This document shows positions 13,793 through 26,100 of a stretch of DNA of 64,000 bases, one piece after another. Where the stretch lies: NCBI RefSeq assembly GCF_002113885.1, contig NW_018408869.1:226577-290576 (forward strand), in the 5' to 3' direction. Both the position numbers and the translations under genes were made by a program. The notes under the pieces are model-generated. The model worked only from the letters and a program-made list of their open reading frames with translations, was not told the origin of the DNA and made no database searches. The first letter of the stretch is position 1, and each line of letters starts with the position of its first letter. The stretch comes from Mizuhopecten yessoensis. Its lineage: Eukaryota.

Positions 13793-15044
13793 CTGTTTTC
13801 TTGTTAAAAAAATCTGAACTGCATGCATTCACACTCTATGGGACACAAATATTAATGTCCCTATTATATTTCCTTGTTTCAATCACATTATAATTATATA
13901 GTTATAACTGTGACCTACATTATTCACACAGGACACTGAAATAATTTGAGGTGAAGATGTAATATGTATACTAATAACCAGAGACCCAATAGGCTTGTAT
14001 TGCTTTATCGAATGTTATTACTAAGGCTTTTTAATTATCATTAAAAAGAATTTGACCCTGGATTTTAACAATAGGTAATTATATAACTAAACAAGACTTG
14101 TGGGGCTTCTATAGAAGCTATAATGCAACCAAATATCCTGGACCAATGTCCTGTGGTCCTAAGGTAAAAGGTACTACTTGCACTGCGCCAGTTATACAAT
14201 TGCAAAAAAGACCTCCCCCCTCCCCCTTTTATACAGAAAATAAAGTAACAAAAACAGCCTCTCAAGTTTTGAGTTACTCTATTGCCTGGTCATGATATTA
14301 ATCTCTTGATGTTGTGCATTTATAATTCCTGGATAGCAACATTGGCATTGTTTTGTTGATATTTACTTTTTAATTTTTTAACAATTATATAAAATTCCAG
14401 AACAAGTAAAGTTGACTCCCTTTTATACGTACAGAAAGGGCAGAATTTTCAAGATTTATTGCAAACATTCATATATATTGTAATGTCCATCATTTTTCGT
14501 TATAAGGAAAAGGGCTGCACAGAATATAAAAACTTTTGGAAATATTTATAAAAATGCTCGAAGCCATAAACAAGAAAATTTGAATTAATAAAATGAGATG
14601 AGGATAGTTGTGAAGCTTGTCATTTTTGCATACAGCAAAGAGTCAAAGTTGGATGATACTATTAAGCAGCAGGGACTCAAAGTAACACTTATGTAAACTT
14701 CAACTGAACCAGCAATGACGAAAATTAGAACTTAATATTTATGGACTAAAAACAGTCAAGTATATAACAGTCTTTTCTTTTAAAACAAAGTCAAGCTGCA
14801 GTCACAAGTGTTTTTTTAGCCATCAAATTAGTTTTTGGAACTAGTTGTCGTTGAAATCCAAAGGTTCTGCTCTCGATACGATATATCTTGCAGTATTCCC
14901 TAAAGGCAGCAATTTTCTACTGGTCTCTCTTTCAATAGGGGGTTTGACTTGTGTCTTTAGTAATATTAAACACACAAAAAATATGTTTTTTGGGAAAAGT
15001 CATTTTTGCAATGATTAAATTGATTTTGGAAAAATGCAGTAGGA

Positions 15045-15375
15045 AATAATAATAATAATAATATACAACATTAATATAGCACCCTATATAATTTGTAAAA
15101 TTACTCTAAAGCGTTTTACAACATATGGATAATAGTAATGGTTATAATTGTGAAAACAAAAAACAAAGGCTTACAATCACTTTTATACATTTTAGCAAGC
15201 AATGTGCACATAATTGAACAAATAAAAGAGTGGTATTTACATGACGTCTTTGCAAAGATTCTAAAATGCAGACGTGAAGAGGCGAGTTTTGATGTCCCTC
15301 TTGAACTTGGCCAGGGTATTTGACTTTCTAATAGCAGAAGGTAAGCTATTCCACAATGTAGCCAAAACCCCCCCA
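15045..15375 (-). mobile_element. L2/CR1-group LINE 3' end
   Basis: Minus-strand ATLWNSLPSAIRKSNTLAKFKRDIKTRLFTSAF* followed by an (ATT)n tail. Confidence 0.65.
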
Positions 15376-15829
15376 AAGCATCTGTTTCCGTAGGTATGAT
15401 AAATATGATATCTACGGGAAAAGCCTTTATTTTATTTATGAGGCCTCAATTCACCTAAAAACAATCACTGCTAGGGGGGACCTGAATTGCTCATATGGAT
15501 ATCATGCAATCATGTCAAAATAAAATTGAAAATAAATCTCAAGGTTAGGGCCAATCCTGGCACTGGTAGCATATCGACATGTGTATCCAAATCTTCAGGC
15601 TCAGCATTGAATAAATTCTCTATTGTTAAATGGTGACCATAGGATCTCGAATGTTTCCCTAAGGGTGGGACCCGACTCCACAGACAATCCTGGTACTGGT
15701 AGCATATAAGATAAGATGAGTTTATTTCCGGTTCAGGGCTTATACATAAGCGCTCTATATCAGACTCAAAAAATACATACAAAGTATTATTATTCATATA
15801 ATATAAATAATTTGACAATTATTTGATTG

Positions 15830-16985
15830 CAGCTCTGTAATTTAAAAAAAGTTCTTGGTTTTTCCAGTGGTTGTCTGGTTCATTTTAAAATTTGTTTAAC
15901 ATTATTTGCTGAAGTAACATATTGAGGTAATTTATTCCATGTTGATGCCGATCTTATAGAAAAAGAGTTTTTCCTTAGCATGGTTGAAGAGTGTTTGGGT
16001 ATATCCTTTTTGAGTTTACTTGACGGCTGTGTTGTTGAGCGGCGTCTTCCAATAACATTGCAGCATTCCTGGTCGTATCCTCCATTAATAATTTTATATA
16101 GTTCTATCATGTCCCATCTTGCTCTTCTAAAGGTAAATGTTGGTAGCTGGAGTACTAGTCTTTCCAGTCTCTGGCTGTAGCTGAGGTTACTCATGCCTGG
16201 GAGGCACTTGGTTGCACTCCCTCTATCTTATCAATGTGCTTTTTTAGATATGGTGCTCACACAGGGCTCACATAGTCCAATTGTGAGCGTACTAGGCATT
16301 TGTATAATTGAACAAACGACCTTTGATCCATAAATTGGAATGTTCTACCGAGAAGTGCAAACATGGTGTTCGCTTTTTTTACTTTTTAACTGATGTGGTT
16401 ATTAAAGGATAAATCGGAGTCCATGATAACCCTGATATCCTTTTCTTGGGTGATAGCAAGTTTTCCCCATGGAGATGATAGGTTGGTCCGGGGGTTTCCT
16501 GTCATCAAATTGTCTCCTTACCCAATCTCATGTGTTTGCACTTGATGGGATGCATTTTAAGTAGCCATGTCATGTGTCGCTCCATTTACACATTGTATCT
16601 ACTAGGTAGATCTTTCTGGAGATCAGCACTATCTTCTCTATTTTTTATTATTTTAAAAATCTTGGAAATAGATACATTTCTGACTGGACCGATATTGGAA
16701 GATCATTTACAAACATAATGAACAGCGAAGGTCCGAGAACAGTTCCTTGGGGGATTCCCGATGTGACATCGGTCCATTCGGAGCCCGCGCCGTTTACTGA
16801 TACTTTCTGTTTCCGACCTTTTAAAAATGTTGATATCCAAGAAATAATTTGTTCTGAGAAGTTATACGAATGTAATTTACTTACATACATGTATTAGCCA
16901 ATCATGCAGAACGGTGTCAAAGGCTTTTTTATAGTCCATATATATAAAATTGATGTTCTGTCCTTTATCCAGAGCCTCTATCCAA
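15830..16985 (-). mobile_element. Decayed CR1-type LINE ORF2 (RT) fragment
   Basis: [64 protein letters not shown]...WNKLP, with multiple frameshifts and stops. Confidence 0.85.
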
Positions 16986-17807
16986 TAAAATGATAAGGTT
17001 TGGCAGATGTATGACCATGCTATGAATTTATTGATTTAGAAAAAAGATAAAAACAAGTAGAGCAATAGAGGCAGTTATCGACAGTCTAAGCTTCAAACGT
17101 GTTTTTCAAGTTTACCGTTTTGCGTAAGTTATTATATGATGCCATTTCGGAGAAGTCAGGAAACATACTCTATATTTCATCATCTGCAATAAGCGTACAT
17201 GTGACGAATCCCGGGAGAAATCATTGTTTTGGTGGCATTATATTAAAGACAGGGGCAGTTATCGACAGCTAAATTAAAATGTTAATTATTTCTATTATCA
17301 ATCTCTCATAATACATTCATTTGTTCTGACGGATGTCCAATTGCTTAAAAAAGGTATAAACATGTCAAGTGATATGTTAAGTCATATATGTAAACAAAAG
17401 CGCTCTCTTTTCTGCACGCATGCATAAAAACAGTCACCGTCACAGCATTTTGATCAAACACATTTTCTAGGTTCCCCTTTCAATATGGTGTCCCATCCCA
17501 ATTTCATATTCTTTTGATCCCTAATGATGCATTCCAACAGCCCAAAATTTTTGAATTATGATGCATTTTATCCTACAATGATAGCAATCAGAAATTTAAT
17601 TCAAGAAAACATAATTGAATCTTCTTAAAATAATCATTGTGGAAATGTTTTTAGGTTCTTAATGTTCACAAGATAATTAGTTATATACCTCCTGCATAAC
17701 AGAATAATTTTCATCAACATTTGATCTATGTAATTGTTTACTTTAAATATATATTATATTCTGTCTATATATGGCTGCATTGTCTTCAAATATTGATATT
17801 TTCTTAA

Positions 17808-18451
17808 AGGGGCTGGTCGGGGAAAAAATTACAATATAAATGGGTCAAAATGCGTTCTCTGGCCTTCCAAAACTTATACCACAGTGCAATATGATGGTCG
17901 AGTTCTGCTTGCAATGTCCAGTTTGGACCACTGAAATCTCGGGGAGCCCTGCGTAAATTGAGCGCAGATCTATTTATATATGTCACGTGGTTGTTTCGAA
18001 AGCGAGGCAGTGAAGATAACAACAATAGCAGGCCGTCATATGCCATGTCGGACTCAACTAGCGGACAAGACAGCAATACTATATGTAAATAATTGTTTTC
18101 AAAGGTCATGTATGATGCAAGTGTAGTATTCCTACCAATATGTTGTTGTTATATATAACGGTATTGATACCTCGTGCCTGTCATGACTTTTGCATGCATC
18201 TTTCTCTTTCGCAGTGATGTTTACATTTGGCCTTGTTGATGACGCGCGTGCGGTAAAATTACATCACTGATCTGTGTCAATTGAGAGTTTTAGACTGTCA
18301 GGTGACAATTTACGATTTCTTTAATATATTTATAATTTTTTCTCTTAGGGAGTGAATTTCAGCAAAATTTGTATAATTATATTTCATAAGGTATTTTAAG
18401 CATGTGTATGCCATCTTAGAAAATATGACATTTTTTCCAAGTCCAGCCCCT
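17808..18451. mobile_element. Kolobok-like MITE (TTAA TSD), copy 1
   Basis: TIR AGGGGCTGG/CCAGCCCCT flanked by TTAA on both sides. A close inverted copy lies at 51867-52511. Confidence 0.85.
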
Positions 18452-19885
18452 TTAATTTGTAATTGCAGTTTATATCGAGCATATTTACAAGAATTATCTA
18501 CATGGATTTTATTGAGAACTTTGGATTTTTTAGTATTTTAGTTATGCTTGTAAAGTTATGTCTGTTTACTGGATAGACTTTTACAACACTATTGTTGTTG
18601 GGTACATGTACTCACCTTACACAATTCACGATAGATATATTGAAATCATACTGGCAACTTTGAAGTACAAGTTATTCATAAAAATATGTTTTTAATGGAT
18701 AAAGCAAAAATTAATTGGTATTTTTTTCACATACTGTCAATAACTACCTCCGATACTCAAATTGCGGCAGTTATCGACAACCCTATTTCCGACCTTAACA
18801 ATACCCCGAATGTATATAGGACACTGACAAAACGTTGCAGACGGTTCATGAGTGAAGTTGGATTACACCATTATGTGACGACAAATATTTCAGATAAAAA
18901 TGTTATAAAAATTTGAGGTGCCATACGTATCTTATTGGTGCCCGTAAGGGAGGTCTAAAAACAGAATCGGTTCTTCTCTTTGGAAAAAAAATCAGAAAAT
19001 TTGTTTAACCGATGTTGTCTGAATGAAACGGTTCCGAAAAAGGTAACTGTACCCATAAAAACACTGATTGTCTGAAAAACGGTTTGTAATCGATCCAAAA
19101 CGATAACACCCTCCGTTGCTCTAGTGATGTTTACATAGAGTATTTCTGAAGTCATGATTTCAATGCATTCAGATTTTGAGAAGAAACTATAATTGGAGGA
19201 AGCGCCTTCAAGCTCTAGTGGAAGACTGATTGACGAAAGAAGCTAAAATTATAACAACACTAATTTGTGTCAACCCCCTAAATGATACTTTTAGCACTTT
19301 GTCTCATGTTTAAACGCTGCACTTTGTTTGCTTTTTGCATTCTGTGTGACATTCAATGATTCATCGACAGCCTTTTTGTATTTTTATGTAAAAGCACAGA
19401 AAAGGACCAATTTTAGTACTAAAACCCCTTGATAATCAAACGTCGAGAATTCAATTTCAGGCACTGTACCGAAATTACCAGGTATCAAAACGTACATTAG
19501 AACATTCGTTGCCGGCACAGTAGCCGGTAGGATTATTCGAGAATAAAAACAGATCGGAGTAAGGAAATGAATCAGAACACTTGTGACAGCAGTATATCAC
19601 GATACCAAATAAGTTTCAAGTCAAGAACTTTTTTGTAAACAATACGTTTGCGATTAAACCCTGGTTCTACAATGTGCATTGCAGGAATGAATGGATGGAT
19701 AATTTTGGGATGGGAACATTCCGCGCCACATAGAAACATTGAATACACAACTCATTTCTGCATATACAATCCAACTTTGAATTTGAATATCAATTTTTCA
19801 TGTTACTTTCTAAATAATCCAGTCAATTACTTGAATGAAAAGGGTTGTTGTGCGATGAAATAATGAAAATTAGTCACGTTTTTAC

Positions 19886-19950
19886 CTGTCTGCGACTTTC
19901 TTGTACAGTCTGTCTGTTCGTCACCTCGGCTTTTATGCGGAACTAATACA
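19886..19950 (-). other. Putative non-coding first exon of MAPRE
   Basis: CpG-richer segment ending in donor CAG|GTAAAA at 19886/19885, located about 270 bp from the PSMB2 ATG in divergent orientation. The 5' limit is approximate. Confidence 0.5.
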
Positions 19951-20159
19951 GTGTAATTTTGCTGAAAGAAGCAAAATAAAACCACACACTATTTCATTTA
20001 CGCTGATTTAGTAAAGAGCAAACTAACAAATTGTCATTTACCTATTTAAATATGTTTGCGATTTATTTGATTTTTGCTTCTGAAAATATTATCATTTACT
20101 GCGCATTGACGGAAGTTGAAACCGGCGAAGTGCTTTCTCACCTAACATAAGCAAAGAAG
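19930..20159. promoter_or_regulatory. Candidate bidirectional promoter between MAPRE and PSMB2
   Basis: Head-to-head arrangement, local CpG enrichment, ETS-like CGGAAG (20110-20115) and GCGGAA (~19937), TGCGCA (~20100). Confidence 0.45.
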
Positions 20160-23100
20160 ATGGAGTTTTTAATAGGGATTCAGGGAAAAGGATTCGTCCT
20201 CATGGCGTCAGATACGGCATCATGTCGTAGTATAGTATCCATGAAGCAAGGTAAATACGACGTGGTTATGCTCTGGCGAGTGCACTTAGTTTTATCTACC
20301 CAGTATATACAGTAGCTATAGCAAGTCTGAAAATAAATATTTCCCCCAAACGCAGGCACTTGATATACTTGTTTGAGCACTGTACAAACGACTTTGACGT
20401 TAAACACACCTGTCAACCCTGACGTAGACAGAGTTAATTGGCCTTCCAGAGGGCAAGACTCCGATGGTGTTGCGACGTAAGTCGTAACGTTGTTTTAGAA
20501 GTTACTTTGTTATATTCAAATGAATTACTATTTTTATATTATTTTTATTAACGGTTACTATTGTACAGAAAGTCATACCCAGGTACAAAATGTATGATGT
20601 TGACTACAAAAAGCATACATTTAGATTTTTATTTTCATTTTTCATAAATGTAAAATTTCCGATTTCTTTACATCATTATTTTTTAAAAAGAATACTTATA
20701 TTTAATGTCTTTTGTTATCAACCTAATGATACAATCTTCTTTTAAATGCGACTTTGTTCCGTTTTCCTTAAAAAAGAAAATCACTTGAAAATAGCTCAAA
20801 AGACCTATTTCAGATAGGTCAATAGAGCTATTATAGGTCTTTACAGCTATATAGCTCAATCGGCAGAGTGTACTGGACCTGATTAAGTGATCAAGGAACT
20901 TTTACCCAGATTATACTTGACTGTTCAGCTATCCAGTTTGGAATTCAATCTTTTTCTCATGATGACCTAGAGAAGATTGAGTTGTTATCCAGACAGTTCA
21001 TCTGGAAGATACACTGTATACAAGGAGTAGAGAGTTGGCAAACAGCAACCTGTGAATACACTGTTTTTTCTAAACTATTTTTTCTTCTTTTTGTATACCG
21101 TTTTAGCACAATCTATATGTGCCACCTGACATTTTAAGACTACCAAGTGTAATATTTGAATCATGTGACTTTGATTCGGAAGTGCCTCCAACTTATACCA
21201 GTAATTAGTGTAATCCCTGGATGGGTGCTCCGCAAACCAATCGGAGGAATCTACCAAAGAACAGAACAGAACATGGCAAACATAAAATTACATGACACAA
21301 GCAATGAGATCGCAGAATGGTATTTGATGAAAGACTTATAAAATATAACCTTCAGATATCACAAAATGCATATGACTAAAAATTATATTATTTCAAGTAA
21401 AAAGCATATATTCAGCACCAAGTAGTAGTATTATCACAGTTTGTATGAATATCACATAAAATTTTGGAAATAAAGTGAAATGGAAACGCTCATTTTTTCT
21501 ACATATTCTGATAAATAATACAATAAGGTGTAATTGTGCACAAAAACATTTTAATTCAGTTGTCAAAATTTTTGTGGAAATGACAAAATTGTATCACCTC
21601 CATTGCTTTTCATGTGTTATAGAGAACCTATAAATAGCACACCTGTCACATTTGCACTGGATGATCCCATATTGATCCTGAAGTCAATGGAGAACGATGG
21701 AGGTGATACAATTTGTTATTTCCACAAAAAATTTGACAACTGAATTGATATTTTTTTGTATACAAATATACCTCATTGTGTTATTTATTGGATTTTGTTG
21801 AAAGAAAAACCCTCTTTTTCTTCTTCTTTTTAAAAGAACTTTATCAGGGTACTTTATGGGGATATTTATAGGACCTATTCCAAACTGAAAAGTGTGTGAT
21901 TTTTTCCAATATATCCCTTTAATAAAATTCCCAATTGAGAAACAAAAGCAAATACTGCATACATACATGTATATATAGATAAATTCCTAACAGTTAACAC
22001 TCAGATTTCAGCACAAGAAGGAATGACAAAATCGTTATGTTGTCATAAAGATCGGCTTAAATAAAGGTTAAGTACCTGGTACCTCTAAATTTCCAAATAG
22101 GGTTCTTATGCTGTTGTTATTTTCCCAATTTATCCCATTGTTTGTTTCTCAAAACCCCTCAAAGGTTATTTTTTCATCTCTGCCACTGCGTTGATAAAAA
22201 TGCATGTGCTCTATTCAAATTAAGCAAGAAAATTGACATGCTAGGAAAGGGATATCCGAAAATTTCATGGTACATGTAGATTTTGACAGGGATTTCTCAT
22301 GTTATGCATGGGTTTCCAGGGGTGTAATTGAAAAAAATGGTTATTGGTCCTAAGGGCCAATATAAGTTAAAATCTACATGGTCCTGTTTGAAGTGCACTC
22401 ATCCAGATAACGAGGGCCGGCAGTCCGAGCGATTGTGCCAAAGGTACTCTTCTGACCCCCACCAGAAATTTTGAAATCTAAAAACTCTGAGCTACATTCT
22501 AGATTTGAAATGAAGCTTTTAAAATCTGCTGAAATTTTAGATAAATTTACAAAATATCTACTGTCCAGGAGGGATAGTTTGTTGAAAAAACTACTGGTAC
22601 ACCGTGAAAACCATGTGCACAGGGCCCGTGGGCCCGTGGACCATGGCCAGCGGCTAATTCCACCCCTGGGTTTCAATAAAATTTCCAGTTACATATATAT
22701 GTATCCAACACAAAGTAGGCGGTTAATTTCAGTATATTTCATTATACATGTACCTCCTTATCTTTCTTTCATTTTTTCATGAAAGTAGCAGGTGAATTAT
22801 CTGTAGTAGGAGGGTATTTTTACCGGCTATTGGCTACAAATGAAACCACTTCATATGTTTGTATGATGCTCACCTGGAAAGATTTGGCCAATTTCCCAGC
22901 ACCTCCTAGACCTTATAGGCACTAAAGTAGACAGGAAAGCACAATCAATTAATTTATTAGGTAATGGAGTAGCTATAATCACCATATGTTTTCATATTAT
23001 AGTGGAATAAATAACTAGGTTGTCAAATTATGTGAATTAATTTTTCCAACATTATTTCATTCTTAATATATATACTCCCATCATAAAACATGCATATCTG

Positions 23101-26100
23101 TTGTTGATTTCTAACTAATATCAGTATTAAGTGCTTATTAATATTATTAAATTAAATTAAATTAAAGCTTACTCAAAGATTATTGTAATACAATTGTAAT
23201 CTGAATTTCATTTTGTTGCAGATGTTGACAAAATGTTCAAGCTGAGTGACAAGATTGTTATGTCCATATGTGGTGAATCTGGTGACACGGTGCAGTTTGC
23301 AGAATACATCTCAAAAAATATTCAGTTATATAAGATGCGAAATGGTAAATATCACCTAAATATCCAGTTTTGTTAAATGTGAGATGGTTAATGTTGCACA
23401 CATACTTAAATGACCTGTTAAAAGGACGCTCAACCGAATACAGTGTAAAACCATACCAAACATATGCTGACTGTAGGACTGCTCATTTGACTAGTTATAT
23501 ATTTTTTATACGATTAGAAAAAGTTGACATTGCCAAAATGTTATAAAGGGCCAAAACTATCACCAATTTAAAGAAGGAAAAGAATCGCTGGACTGCTGTA
23601 AATAGTTTATAAAACAATCATTGGACTGCTTTAACTATAGTTTAGAAAACAATCATTGGGCTGCTGTAACTAGTTTATGAAACATTTATTGGACTGCTGT
23701 AACTATAGCTTAGAAAACAATCACTGGACTGTTGTTACTAGTTTAGAAAACGATCAATGGACTGCTGTAACTCGCTTAGAAAACAATCACTGGACTGTTG
23801 TTACTAGTTTAGAAAACAATCCTTGGACTGCTGTAACTTGTTTAGAGAACAATCATTGGACTGGTGTAACTAGTTTAGAAAACAATCATTTGACTGCTGT
23901 AACTTGTTCAGAAAACAATCATTGGGCTGCTGTAACTAGTTTATGAAACATTTATTGGACTGCTGGAACTATAGCGTAGAAAACAATCACTGGCCTGTTG
24001 TTACTTGTTTAGAAAACAATCATTGGGCTGCTGTAACTAGTTTATGAAACATTTATTGGACTGCTGGAACTATAGCGTAGAAAACAATCACTGGCCTGTT
24101 GTTACTAGTTTAGAAAACGATCAATGGACTGCTCTAACTCGCTTAGAAAACAATCACTGGACTGTTGTTACTTGTTTAGAAAACAATCATTGGGCTGCTG
24201 TAACTAGTTTATGAAACATTTATTGGACTGCTGTAACTATAGCTTAGAACACAATCACTGGACTGTTGTTACTAGTTTAAAAAACAATCATTGTACTGCT
24301 GTAACTAGTTTAGAAAACAATAATTGGACTGCTGTAACTATAGCTTAGAACACAATCACTGGACTGTTGTTACTAGTTTAAAAAACAATCATTGGACTGC
24401 TGTAACTATAGCTTAGAACACAATCACTGGACTGTTGTTACTAGTTTAAAAAACAATCATTGTACTGCTGTAACTAGTTTAGAAAACAATCAGTGGACTA
24501 CTGTAACTAGTTTAGAAAACATTTATTGGACTGCTGTAACTATAGCTTAGAACACAATCACTGGACTGTTGTTACTAGTTTAGAAAACAATCATTGGACT
24601 GCTGTAACTTGTTTAGAAAACAATCATTGGGCTGCTGTAACTAGTTTATGAAACATTTATTGGACTGCTGTATCTATAGCTTAGAAAACAATCACTGGAC
24701 TGTTGTTAGTAGTTTAGAAAACGATCATTGGACTGCTGTAACTCGTTTAGAAAACAATCCTGGACTGTTGTTACTAGTTTAGAAAACAATCATTGGACTG
24801 CTGTAACTTGTTTAGAAATCAATCATTGGACTGCTGTAACTTGTTTAGAAAACAATCATTGGACTGCTGTAACTTATTTAGAAAACAATCATTGAACTGC
24901 TGTAACTAGTTTAGAAAACAATCATTGGACTGCTGTAACTGTAGTTTAGAAAACAAAACATTGGACTATCCTGTAACTGTAGTTTAACTGTGTAACTATA
25001 GCTTAGAAAACAATCACTGGACTGTTGTTACTTGTTTAGAAAATAATCATTGGACTGCTGTAACTTATTTAGAAAACAATCATTGGACTGTTGTTACTAG
25101 TTTAGAAAACACTCATTGGACTGTTGTTACTAGTTTAGAAAACAATCATTGGACTGCTGTAACTAGTTTAGAAAACAATCATTGGACTGCTGTAACTGTA
25201 GTTTAGAAAACAAAACATTGGACTATACTGTAACTGTAGTTTAACTGTAAAGCTTTGACAGGTAGGTAGCTTGGATGGATGGCTATCAAAGGAGTTCAAA
25301 GAAATAACCTTAAATTTTACTCAAGGTCACAGAGGCCTGATCACTCTGTTACGTGGATGATACTAAAGTGAGAGAACCCTGAACCTCTTGTACATACAGA
25401 TGTGTACAAGTTCCTAGTACTAGCCCGTAGGGAGATTTTGAAAAAAAAAATCCTGCACAACCCATCATAGTAAATATTGAAGGGTTCTGTATTTAACACT
25501 ACACTGACTGATCAATGTTGTAAATATGAAAACCCATTCCTAGGAATGTCCCTCGACATGTTTCTCTAGAATCCCCGACATAAAATCTTCTAGCCCTAAT
25601 TGTCAGGCTAGTGGAACCAGGAATTTGAGGAGTATAACTACTTTGTGCCAGTATCAGTGTGTGTTTCACAAATACTGTACACGCTTCACAGTTGTGTTGG
25701 TGTTAATATGATTGTTTGAGCCATTAGGTGATCTCTTATTACATTTTTAGGTCACCTGAGACAAAGTCTCGAGTGACCTATTGCGATCGCCTTTTGTCCG
25801 TCGTCGTCCGTTGTGCGTCCGTAAACAATTTACATTTTCGACTTCTTCTCCAAAACCCCTGAACCAATTTCAATGAAATTTTGCAGACACCTTCCATGGC
25901 CAAAGGTCAACAAAAAGAGGTGCCGGTTTGGTCCCCGGCCCCCAGGGGCCTGAGGGGCGGGGCCAAAAAGGGTCAAATTGACTAAAATTTCAAAAATCTT
26001 CTTCTCAAGACCCAGATATGGTAGAATCAAATACTCTTCATAGATGGAAGGGTCTTAAGGTGCTTTACCAAAATTGTGAATTTCNNNNNNNNNNNNNNNN

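Noticed and set aside
20840-20880. tRNA-like A box TAGCTCAATCGG (also a B-box-like piece at ~4180-4200)
   Set aside because: Isolated fragments with no partner box or cloverleaf, probably decayed repeats.
23581-25250. CRISPR-like regular repeats and ORF 23677-23946
   Set aside because: Head-to-tail units with no unique spacers, no cas genes, in a eukaryotic intron. The ORF arises from the 33-bp periodicity.
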